A stretch of 25,992 nt of DNA. It comes from a virus. Lineage: Duplodnaviria > Caudoviricetes. Of the stretch, positions 1 through 8,800 are shown one piece after another. Position 1 is the stretch's first letter; every line of letters begins with the position of its first letter. Location: IMG/VR virus record IMGVR_UViG_3300014613_000094, positions 1 to 25,992 of that record; one strand, 5' to 3'. The position numbers and the translations under genes are program-made. The notes beneath the pieces were generated by a model. It saw nothing but the letters and a program-made list of their open reading frames with translations, had not been told where the DNA came from and did not search any database.

Positions 1-1
1 A

Positions 2-676
2 GTCAGCACCATTTATAAGAGTCGCTCTAAGGTCACTCCAGCGGTTAGCAGCTTTGCCAAGGTTAATGAGGTTATCATTAACGGGGTAAATCTCTGGAGT
101 GTCAGTAGCGCCAGTAACTATGAATGGGTATATCCAAGTGGTTTTGAGAGCATTAGGCACTCTTACCCATACTTGCCCTGGGTAGCTTAGGTGGTTTTTA
201 CCCCAGAAAATAATGGCATTACTATAGTCGGTTCCGCCCCCTAATGCTAGGAGTCCGTCATCAATACCACGTTGGAAATCTTGACCTAAACTGCTATCCC
301 CAGCCCTGTTTACTGCAAAATACTGTGAGCCAACAGCTTTAGCTACATAGTCAGCACCAACGCCGTGAATGCCAGTAGCTAGAGCTTCATGGTCTTGAAG
401 CTGCTGGACAATCTCAGCAGTAATATTAAGTGAGACTACAGCCCCAGCATCATGAGCAGCAGCAGCCGTGCTCTCGGCAGCCCTGGTGACTGTCAGAACA
501 TCAGTAACTCTATTAGTGCAGCTCAGTATTTCGTCATCAATAGTAATGTGGAAGGGATAGGATGATGGAAACTTACTACCTTCTCCAGTAGCCACAGTCA
601 GAGAGGTATCAGTATCACTTATCCCAGAAGCCAGGGTAGAGACGGCTTGGTTCTTAGTTTTTAGAAACTCAGTCAT
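2..676 (-). CDS. Tail fibre/tail protein, N-terminal part (runs off window edge; absent from ORF track)
   Basis: Translated by hand from ATG at 676 with SD GAGGTG upstream; open to the window edge. MTEFLKTKNQAVSTLASGISDTDTSLTVATGEGSKFP...LTVTRAAESTAAAAHDAGAVV...IYPVNDNLINLGKAANRWSDL. Both LTVTR.AE.T.AAAH..G and P..DN...LG....RW are motifs typical of phage tail and fibre proteins. Confidence 0.8.
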   Translation of the reverse strand, partial: MTEFLKTKNQAVSTLASGISDTDTSLTVATGEGSKFPSSYPFHITIDDEILSCTNRVTDVLTVTRAAESTAAAAHDAGAVVSLNITAEIVQQLQDHEALATGIHGVGADYVAKAVGSQYFAVNRAGDSSLGQDFQRGIDDGLLALGGGTDYSNAIIFWGKNHLSYPGQVWVRVPNALKTTWIYPFIVTGATDTPEIYPVNDNLINLGKAANRWSDLRATLINGAD

Positions 677-686
677 AACCCACCTC

Positions 687-1127
687 TTATGTTATAGTGA
701 TAGAGACCTCTAAAGTCCAAGTCCCACCTGATTTAGTCCCTAGAGCTTCTGTCTTTTCATTGAGATGTTGAGCACCATTGGTAACAGCCCACTTTGACCA
801 GACACCATCACCAGAAACACCAGTCCATGAGGACTTCCAAACTGCTGCACCACCTGAGCCATAGGTAGGGTAGCCACCCACAAGAGTTCCAGCATTCCAT
901 GCGTTTACAATATAGACTTCTACATTACCATTGGCACTGCCATAATTAGTGCCACCACCTCCACAGACCAAGTTCCATAGGACATCTATACCAGCTCCTA
1001 TAAGAGCATTACCCTCCATTCTCTTGGTCTCATAAGGCTTATATTTGTGTTCCTCACCTGGCTTGATAATCTCATGGTACTTCCTTAGTGTAGTAACTGT
1101 TTTATGTCCTGCTTGTTCCTTCTTCAT
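687..1127 (-). CDS. Virion structural protein (tail/collar-associated)
   Basis: 146 aa, Gly/Trp-rich beta protein ending LNEKTEALGTKSGGTWTLEVSITIT, a pattern seen in small phage tail proteins; lies within the structural operon. Confidence 0.6.
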   Translation of the reverse strand: MKKEQAGHKTVTTLRKYHEIIKPGEEHKYKPYETKRMEGNALIGAGIDVLWNLVCGGGGTNYGSANGNVEVYIVNAWNAGTLVGGYPTYGSGGAAVWKSSWTGVSGDGVWSKWAVTNGAQHLNEKTEALGTKSGGTWTLEVSITIT

Positions 1128-1130
1128 ATC

Positions 1131-1313
1131 TTACTCCTTTGGTGCTAGTTCCTTACCAGTCTTTTCTCGTATCATTGAGTAGCACGTAGCCCTAGCTTGG
1201 TCTGGGTCTCTACCTGCTCGTATCTCCGTAGCAATACAAGAACTCAGAGCAGCCTTGACTTGTGCATCTCCTGCTTCTTTACTTAATCTGTCCACTTCTG
1301 GTATTGGTGACAT
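1131..1313 (-). CDS. Small phage protein with SCI..E...G....QA.A.CYS motif
   Basis: 60 aa with SD GAGGAGG; the motif recurs in small proteins of phage head modules; function unknown. Confidence 0.65.
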   Translation of the reverse strand: MSPIPEVDRLSKEAGDAQVKAALSSCIATEIRAGRDPDQARATCYSMIREKTGKELAPKE

Positions 1314-1344
1314 TCCTTTGCCTCCTCTAATATGATATTCCTCC

Positions 1345-3687
1345 TTAATAAGCTGTTCCTAGACTTACCCTTCTCCAGTTCTGGTCTGCTGTAGTGTTAG
1401 CAGCTATAGCAACATAGAAGTAGGAAGTATCCTCTTTGACATCACCCTTAGCACCTATAGTTCCATTAACACCACTGGCAAGATGAGTATGAGCCATAGC
1501 AGTAACAATTCCTGTTCCATCATTACCAGCTTTATTCTCTACAGTTACCAGGGCTGCTGCTGTAGGACAACCCTCTATAGCTGTATCAACTGCACTGGCA
1601 ATAGAAGTTATAGCAGGTTCAGCACCACCAGTTAGATTCTCTTGACCTTCTGCACCTGTTAGTGGGTCTGCTCCTGTTCCTGATGCTACTGCTGTGACAC
1701 CTTCAAGGGCTGCTACCGCTGCAGCTACCAAAGTTGCTGTATTCTTGGCATTATCAACAGCAGGAATAACACCACCTGAAAGGGTTGCTCCACCCCAAGC
1801 ACCATTAGCCATACCTTCAGTAGTTCCAAAGGTGTTACCTACAGTGTATGGGAGGGTATTATGAACCATAGTCATTGCACCACCACCCGCATCAGTAGGT
1901 GTAACTGGCTTAGCTGTCTGAGCTAAGATAGCTGCTACCAGAGCTGCTATAGCATCTGTATTGGAGCAATCTGTTCCTTCTGTAGTCCCACCAAGAGTCC
2001 CAACACCATCCATAGTAGCATTAGTCAGAGCCTCGGTAAACACAATAACTGTTCCTGCTGAACCATATTGTTTATATTCTACATAGACTTCATCAGCATC
2101 CTTCTTGGTTACTGTGCAGGTATCCCCATCAAATTCAGCTACAATAAGGTTTACGAGAGCTTCTACAGATGGGTTAGCACCACCAACTAGACTACCACTT
2201 GCCCCATAACCTACCATCCATCCACCTGCTCCACAAGCCTCACTGACCACATAGTTACCCTGAGTTCCACATAATTTAGCTGTTACTTCTACATAATCAC
2301 TGGCAAGAACAGCTTCTGCTGTTACCACAGCACTAGCATCACCATTGATAGCCCCAGCTATGGCTGTAAGAACTTGGTCAACTGTAGTGAGACCACCAAT
2401 GTCTATGGCTATATCACCTGTGATAGAACTATTATCATCAAACTCATAGACCCTACCATTGATAGTAAGAGTCTCTGCATCCACAGGGAGAGGAACTACA
2501 CCAAATCTACCTATAGCAAAGACTGCTCCTACAGCATTTCTTATCTTGATAGAGTGGGCAGCAGAACTGGTATCATATTTAATAGTATGGGTATCAGCAT
2601 CAACAACGAAGGTCTCGTTGTGGGCTGGTAATCCTGTAAGGGTAAGAGTCCCTTTAGCTTTATGAATACTGGCTTTAGCTGAGATGTCTACCTGCTTCCT
2701 TCCTGCAGTATAATCATTGTCCCAGTCAAACTCATAGACCTCATCACCACCAAGAGTAACAATTTCGGTATCTATGACTACACCAGCAGCTGTTAGAGTT
2801 CCCGAAGCTTTAGTTCCTGCATCTACGCCAAGGGTAACTACAATAGCTCCTGCATTGATAACTGCAGCTAAAGCACCACTTGGGGTTGTCCCTACAACTA
2901 CCTCATCTGTCTTACTGTTACCCTGAACTCCTATAGCATCATCAGTAATAGTGACTGTTCCATTTGCACCTGCTCCTATAGTAGCACTGGCTTTAACACC
3001 AGCATCAGTAGCAAGATTAACTATAATATCTTTACCTACTACTGCTGGAACACCAAGACCAGCACTAGGAGTCCCTGGGTCTACATACTGGACTGAAATA
3101 TCATCACCGATAACACCCTTGGTCTTAGCAGTGAACTTGAGGTCGTTGTTATCACCAGCAAGATTGGTATTTAGGACTGAAGCTACAGCATTGACTGGGG
3201 TAGCTTCATTAACTCCAACAGCTTTGTCTGCTGTGCCAGTAAGGTCTCCAATAAACTCAGCTACTGTTAGACTTGCCTCTGCTTCTACTGCAGCTACAGC
3301 TTCAGAGTTAGCATATCTGTCATGGTTAAGAGGATTACTATTTGCCTTAACCCCCATAGCAGAGACTGCTTCGCTATTGGCATACCTATCATGATTGAGA
3401 GCATTAGAATTGCCTTTGACTCCCATAGCTGTGACAGCTTCATCATCGGTATATTTGGCATGGTGAGCATCAACATCTTCTGCATGGGTAGATATTTGTC
3501 CATCCACATCAGCGTCAGATACGAGAACTTCGCCTTCTCCTGCACCATGAACTCCAGTAGCAAGTAAGGTATGGGCAGCAAGGTCTTCTATTGCTGTCAT
3601 AAATTCCGTTGTGGGAACTTTTACCCTCGAATTGTTGGAATAGACAAGGGTAACATAACCAGTCTCAAAAAAGATATTCTTTAGCAT
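1345..3687 (-). CDS. Large virion fibre/spike protein with nested repeated beta domains
   Basis: 780 aa, A/G/T/V-rich. It has 23-aa tandem repeats near the N-terminus, repeated A.GTLT...D.E..T.G..VYEFD units and a C-terminal G.KGD...D..Y.YV...NT...W.R..L fibre-type motif. SD AAGGAGG. Confidence 0.75.
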   Translation of the reverse strand: MLKNIFFETGYVTLVYSNNSRVKVPTTEFMTAIEDLAAHTLLATGVHGAGEGEVLVSDADVDGQISTHAEDVDAHHAKYTDDEAVTAMGVKGNSNALNHDRYANSEAVSAMGVKANSNPLNHDRYANSEAVAAVEAEASLTVAEFIGDLTGTADKAVGVNEATPVNAVASVLNTNLAGDNNDLKFTAKTKGVIGDDISVQYVDPGTPSAGLGVPAVVGKDIIVNLATDAGVKASATIGAGANGTVTITDDAIGVQGNSKTDEVVVGTTPSGALAAVINAGAIVVTLGVDAGTKASGTLTAAGVVIDTEIVTLGGDEVYEFDWDNDYTAGRKQVDISAKASIHKAKGTLTLTGLPAHNETFVVDADTHTIKYDTSSAAHSIKIRNAVGAVFAIGRFGVVPLPVDAETLTINGRVYEFDDNSSITGDIAIDIGGLTTVDQVLTAIAGAINGDASAVVTAEAVLASDYVEVTAKLCGTQGNYVVSEACGAGGWMVGYGASGSLVGGANPSVEALVNLIVAEFDGDTCTVTKKDADEVYVEYKQYGSAGTVIVFTEALTNATMDGVGTLGGTTEGTDCSNTDAIAALVAAILAQTAKPVTPTDAGGGAMTMVHNTLPYTVGNTFGTTEGMANGAWGGATLSGGVIPAVDNAKNTATLVAAAVAALEGVTAVASGTGADPLTGAEGQENLTGGAEPAITSIASAVDTAIEGCPTAAALVTVENKAGNDGTGIVTAMAHTHLASGVNGTIGAKGDVKEDTSYFYVAIAANTTADQNWRRVSLGTAY
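3289..3465 (-). repeat. About 2.5 tandem copies of a 69-nt (23-aa) coding repeat
   Basis: KYTDDEAVTAMGVKGNSNALNHD / RYANSEAVSAMGVKANSNPLNHD / RYANSEAVAA. Confidence 0.85.
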
Positions 3688-3704
3688 CTTTCCTCCTTAT
3701 TAGT

Positions 3705-3737
3705 AAAAAGGGCAGAAAGATTTAGACTTCCTGCCCT
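3705..3737 (-). terminator. Intrinsic terminator after the capsid and cement genes
   Basis: Minus strand reads AGGGCAGGAAG-TCTAAAT-CTTTCTGCCCT-TTTT, a stem followed by a U-tract. Position is analogous to the leaky terminator after the capsid gene in T7-like phages. Confidence 0.8.
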
Positions 3738-3810
3738 ATTACTTCCTCGTAGATTGCTCTACTACACCTCGCAGGTTGCCCTGCTACACATATTCAGTTA
3801 TTACTTGGGG

Positions 3811-4236
3811 TTATGCGTCTTGGTTCATTAGTTGATGACCAACAAAGATAAGTGCATCTACCCAACCATCAGTACCTGTCGTAGTTCTGGTGATAACACT
3901 CCTGATGTACCGCTTGTCAGTGTGGATTCTCCTGACCATGAGCTTACTTTCAGTGTCATCAGGTGCAAACTCAGGGAAGGTAGCCACCACCTCAGCAGTA
4001 CCAAAGTTCAGGTCATCATCAGCTTCAATAGTCACCTGAAAGTCCCTATCACCTGCCTCCTCGGTATCGGTAATAACCACTACAGGAATACCATTCTTAC
4101 CTGTTTTCTTGATGTCCAATACTATCTGACCAGTAACAGCAGCCCTATCAGTAGCATCAACTACACCAGCCTCAGTGTCCTCTATATGACCATTACTACC
4201 ATCACCCCTTAACAGTCCCAAATCATCTAAAATCAT
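3811..4236 (-). CDS. Capsid cement/decoration protein (Bbp16-like)
   Basis: 141 aa directly after the MCP. MILD.L... start, FQVTIEADDDLNFGTAEVVATF and KRYIR motifs resemble the BPP-1 cement protein family. Confidence 0.7.
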   Translation of the reverse strand: MILDDLGLLRGDGSNGHIEDTEAGVVDATDRAAVTGQIVLDIKKTGKNGIPVVVITDTEEAGDRDFQVTIEADDDLNFGTAEVVATFPEFAPDDTESKLMVRRIHTDKRYIRSVITRTTTGTDGWVDALIFVGHQLMNQDA

Positions 4237-4278
4237 GTTAGCTTCCTCCTATCTTATTTTAGCGGATTAAGCTCCACC

Positions 4279-5259
4279 TTAGCTTGAAGCATCAGGTATT
4301 ATGCCATACAGCCGACCTATGCTCCTTGGGTCAACTGTAGCCAGACCTAGATTCCAGGTTACCCTATCACGGAAGCAGGGCTTCTCTTCTATCTCACCCA
4401 TATCCTTTACTTCCAGAGGGAACTGCTGGATACCCCAAGTCATATCACCAACACCGAACTTGACTGCGTAGATACTGGTATGTTCATCCGAACCATCCAC
4501 ACCAGCACTTGTCTCGGTGCTAGTTATAATTTCGGTTGTCTGGTTAGCCTTAACACCAATGTCTACCAGCCTAGCTCCCATGAAGGTTTCTATCTGCCTG
4601 TCAAAAAAGTCTGAAGTAGTAGCCAGGAGTTTCTCTCTCCTCAGAAGGGAGTTGACTGCCTGGAAAGCCTTACCATTCATCAGGAGATAATCAGGTCTGT
4701 GTCCCTTGATAGCATAGACTAGGGCATAGAGTTTATCAAGGAACAACTGACTATAGGATGAGGCATTGAGGATACCCTTACCGCTAAGAGCACAGTCAAT
4801 CTTCTGGTTGGTATAGCCCTCATCATAGACATCATCAACCCTCTTCCTAAGTCCATTGAAGACCAGGGGAGTATCAAAGTTGACGATACCATTGATGAAG
4901 TTGTCATTGAAACTATAGGCAATAGCCATTGTTACCAGTCTCCGCTGGATTGCTCTGGCATCTTCAATAGTATTCTTTGACCTAGCAATAGCCTCATCAG
5001 TGTCAATATCCCTACCAAACAGACTGATATTCTCCACCTTATGTTCAAAGTGTCCAATATCTGAAGAGTCATAAGCTCCATTGACACGCCTGAAGCCGAC
5101 ACTGGGAAGGTCTTGGATACGAACTACACCTGTAGAAAGCTGTCCTATGGTTTCCCAAGGAAGAAGCTCCATCAGGTTACTCTCCATAATGAGAGTGTTT
5201 ATGATGCCCCTACGCAGGACATCAGTTTCTATTTTTGACAATTCAGCCAAAGTCCACAT
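4279..5259 (-). CDS. Major capsid protein (HK97 fold, BPP-1-like)
   Basis: 326 aa. TLAELSK...SNLMELLPW...LPSVGFRRVNG...DIDTD...TSIYAVKFG...SIGRLYGI; lies between scaffold and cement genes. Confidence 0.9.
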   Translation of the reverse strand: MWTLAELSKIETDVLRRGIINTLIMESNLMELLPWETIGQLSTGVVRIQDLPSVGFRRVNGAYDSSDIGHFEHKVENISLFGRDIDTDEAIARSKNTIEDARAIQRRLVTMAIAYSFNDNFINGIVNFDTPLVFNGLRKRVDDVYDEGYTNQKIDCALSGKGILNASSYSQLFLDKLYALVYAIKGHRPDYLLMNGKAFQAVNSLLRREKLLATTSDFFDRQIETFMGARLVDIGVKANQTTEIITSTETSAGVDGSDEHTSIYAVKFGVGDMTWGIQQFPLEVKDMGEIEEKPCFRDRVTWNLGLATVDPRSIGRLYGIIPDASS

Positions 5260-5274
5260 TCTAGTGAACCTCCT

Positions 5275-5745
5275 TTATTTAGTTTTGCTTTTTGCCATCC
5301 TAAAGAGTGCCATTGGGTCTTTAGGTAGCTCACCACTCCCACCACCACCACCCAAGTCTGCTTTAGGCTTTATATTCCCCATCGCTTTAGCCAAGATGTC
5401 AAGGTCTTTCTCAGTAGCATCAGCAAGCTCCTCTTCTGGGATACCCCTGCTCTTTAGAAACTCTTTCTTTTCCCCAACTGATTTGTCCTTGATAGTCTTC
5501 AGTTCATTAACAACCTGTTGGTGGTCGGACTTTATCCTGTCCAACTCCTCTTTGGTTTTAGTGAACTCTTCGGGATTTACTGCCCTCTTTAACTGTTCTT
5601 CAAGACCCGCAATCTTCTCTGTTGCTTTATCCAGTTTGTTACCTATAGTCTCCTTGGTCTTAACATACTGTGACCAGCTAACAGTCTCAGGAAATTTACC
5701 CTCTTTGTCAGGTTTAATTTCCTCATCTAGCTTGTCTTCACCCAC
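5275..5745 (-). CDS. Capsid scaffolding protein
   Basis: 156 aa, charged coiled-coil with a Gly-rich linker and short C-terminal helix, immediately upstream of the MCP; GTG start with SD GAGGAGG. Confidence 0.75.
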   Translation of the reverse strand: MGEDKLDEEIKPDKEGKFPETVSWSQYVKTKETIGNKLDKATEKIAGLEEQLKRAVNPEEFTKTKEELDRIKSDHQQVVNELKTIKDKSVGEKKEFLKSRGIPEEELADATEKDLDILAKAMGNIKPKADLGGGGGSGELPKDPMALFRMAKSKTK

Positions 5746-5779
5746 TGTTAGATTCCTCCTCTGTTAAAGTACTGGTACT

Positions 5780-5808
5780 ATTATAAACTATGAATAGTTG
5801 TTTGTCAA
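5780..5808 (-). promoter_or_regulatory. Perfect sigma70 promoter for scaffold/capsid genes
   Basis: Minus strand TTGACA (5808-5803), 17-nt spacer, TATAAT (5785-5780). The spacer holds the dyad AACTAT-nn-ATAGTT. Confidence 0.9.
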
Positions 5809-5816
5809 TACCCTGG

Positions 5817-8800
5817 TCACACCCCTTCCTCAGCCCAACCACCCTCTTCCCTCCATCCTGCTTTAGGCATCATTCTGTCCTCAATTCCATAATAACTAGA
5901 CCAAGTATCAAGAAGTTTAAGAATGTCCCTACCTTCTTTACTTTGCTTGGTGAAGACAGATGTGCTGTACTTACCCCAGAAGATTAACATAGCTTCTTCC
6001 TCAACATGAGACTTTCTCCAATCTTGCTTGAGACTGGCTGGTTGAGAAGGCATCTCTAACAATGGTTGCCAAGCATCACAACATTCCGCATAGAAGACTA
6101 CCAGAGGATTCCATCCGTACCTGTCAGTCCATATATCATCAGGTGCTATCTTCATCTGAGATTGTATGAAATTACCAAAGTCCTGAGTGGTGTATCTCCT
6201 GCCTTGAGCATCAAAGTTACCAAGCTCATCACGCTGTTCTTGGACAGCTTTGAACATTTCTTCATAGTTAGTGGGGTCTTCCACCTCACCAAGTAAGACT
6301 GCCTTCCTTATCTTCTCCCATAAAGTCCTCTCTATTTCTTCTATTTCAGGAGCTTCATATTTGTCATCAAGGATAGCTCTAAGTTCCCTGAAGGCAGTAT
6401 CAATACCCATATCTTCCTTACCCATCATGACTGCAATAGCAGCTATTATATTAGAATAGAAGGGAACTAAGGTATCAGCAGCCCTATCAAGGAGGATAGG
6501 GATTGTTCCTAATGCCCTAGCCTTGTCATCATCATCTGCTGACGTATCAAGATAGGTAAAAATAGCAGCTACTAACTCACCCAAGTCCTGAGCTATACCA
6601 ACTGCTAGACCACCAAGCTGATATTGGAGGATGGACATTGGACTGTAAGCTCGTCTTTTCCACCCTGCAGTAAGGGAAATAAATTGACTGATAAGAGCAC
6701 CCATAGCTACCATTAGGAGGAAATCTTTGAAACCATCAGCAGCCTCTGTCCATGTAGCCTCACCATGAAAAGCTCCTTTTACCTTAGTCCAGTCAAGTAA
6801 CACTCTCTGGGCATAGCCTCTGGGGAAAACTATAAGATTATAAAGGACTCTTCCTGCTGTCCCCATCTCTGCTGGTGCTCTAAAAGCTCTCTGGTAAAGA
6901 AAATGTACCCTATCAGCTATCTCATTACCCATATAGCTAGATACTCTAAAAATCCCCGATGCGTCTTCCAAACCAGGAGTTCCCAAGTTGGAACTTCCTT
7001 CAGCCTGAGCTAACAGACTAAGAGCATAGTTCTGTTCGGTATGAGTTAAATGGATTGCTCCAGACTTTGTTATCCATCTATCCACATCTTTAGCTGTCTT
7101 TTCAGAACTCATATAATCTTGGGTAGCTCTCCAAGCCTTATTAGCCGAAGCAAAGAAGGATGCCATTCTTGGTATGTTGTCGGATTGGGCATAGAGGGAT
7201 AAACTGTCAGCAATCCTTACCAACCAATTAAGTCCTGGTATAGCATTTCCTCCAGTTAAGAGAAAGTCTTGCCTTATACCACCAAGCTGATGAACATTGT
7301 TATCATAATATATCTTTAGCTGTTGCATAAAAGCAGGGTCTGGTCTCTGAGCTAACAATCTGAATAGCTCAGTCCTATCAGGATGGAAAGCAAGAGCCTG
7401 AAAGATATTTCTATAGGACATCCTTGGTTTGAGAAAGACAGCACTCATAGCTGTTCTCCAAGTTCTGTTGACTATATCTTGGAAGATTGTATCCGCTCCT
7501 TCTGGGGGCATACCTTGAAGCTCTTTAGCCCATAACTGGAGTTTGTTTTCTATCCTCCTATTATTGACAAATTTCCGTGAAGCCAACTTCCATAGTTCCT
7601 CATACATCTCCAAGTCTGGTCTAAGTCTCCACTGAGCTTCTACCTGTTTCACATACCTTACAAGGTCAAGGAGTATGTTCTCACCCAGACTTTCATCAAA
7701 GTCAATAGACTCCCTCCTCATTAGTCTGGATTCACCTCTAGTTGTTCCGAGTCTGATTGCTCTGGGGAAGACACTGGCTTTAGCTTTCATCCAGGGTGTA
7801 TATCCTTGAATAGTTCCCCAAGATACATTCTTGAGGAAAGACCACAAACCATCTAAATCCCCACCTTCTTTAAGAAGAATAGCTGCCTGAAGTTCATTCT
7901 CTTTACCAGCTTCTACAGCATCAGGAAACTCAGCTTTCATAGATTCTATGTTGGAATCTGTATTGGTTACTCTAAGATGCCTGATGTAAGGTTCGTATGA
8001 CTGGAACACATTAGCAACAATAGTAGCCAAAATACCCTCATTATCAGTAAGTTCTGGTCTATCAATATTCAGCCTTGGATTAAGAGAATTGATAGCTTGT
8101 GTAACCTTTGCCAAAGACTCCTTATTAGTCCTAACATCCCCAATCTCAATCTTCTTCAGCACTTCTAGCTCTTTTTCAGCTTGTCTTTGGGAAGTCCCAA
8201 AATCCATTCTGACTCTTGGATATAGCTGGTAAAAGGGGAGACCAGTCTCCTCTTCCAACCACCTGACAAAGTGTTTGACATCCGCTGCCTCATACTTCTT
8301 CTGAAGTTGGATAGACCTGTCGGGTATCATAGCAAGAGCTAACTTGGCTTGCTGCATAAAGTCCAAGTCATTCCAGTGATTGGCAAGGAGGTCTTTCTGT
8401 CTTAATCCAACACTTCTAGCTAAAGCAGTAAACTCTTTGGCTATCGCACTTCTGTCCTCTTTAGTGGCTTGGTCATATCTAGTATGAAGTTCCTCAAGAG
8501 TTTGCTCTGCTCTTGCCCTGTTAGCCTTAACCTTCTTGGACATAAACCTTTCCATCCGTCTGGCTATAACTGGACTATTCCTAACAGTAGCATTGGTAGA
8601 TTCTACCTCTATATCAAAATCTACCAGCTTTGGTCTTCTGTCTGGTAACTCTCCTGCTGGTGCTGTTGGTCTGGTAGGTAGTTCAACTGGAGGAGCTACA
8701 CCTTCAACAGTCGGCTCTTGTGTGGCTTCAGGTGTTACAGCAGTAAACCGCTCCCTTATATTCTCAATGTTAGTTCTAACTTCTTCTAGGGTGTTACCAT

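Noticed and set aside
4270-4310. Programmed frameshift extending the major capsid protein
   Set aside because: No slippery sequence near the stop codon; the downstream gene has its own SD.
1-5259. Diversity-generating retroelement, given the BPP-1-like capsid genes
   Set aside because: No reverse transcriptase or TR/VR repeat pair is visible in this window.
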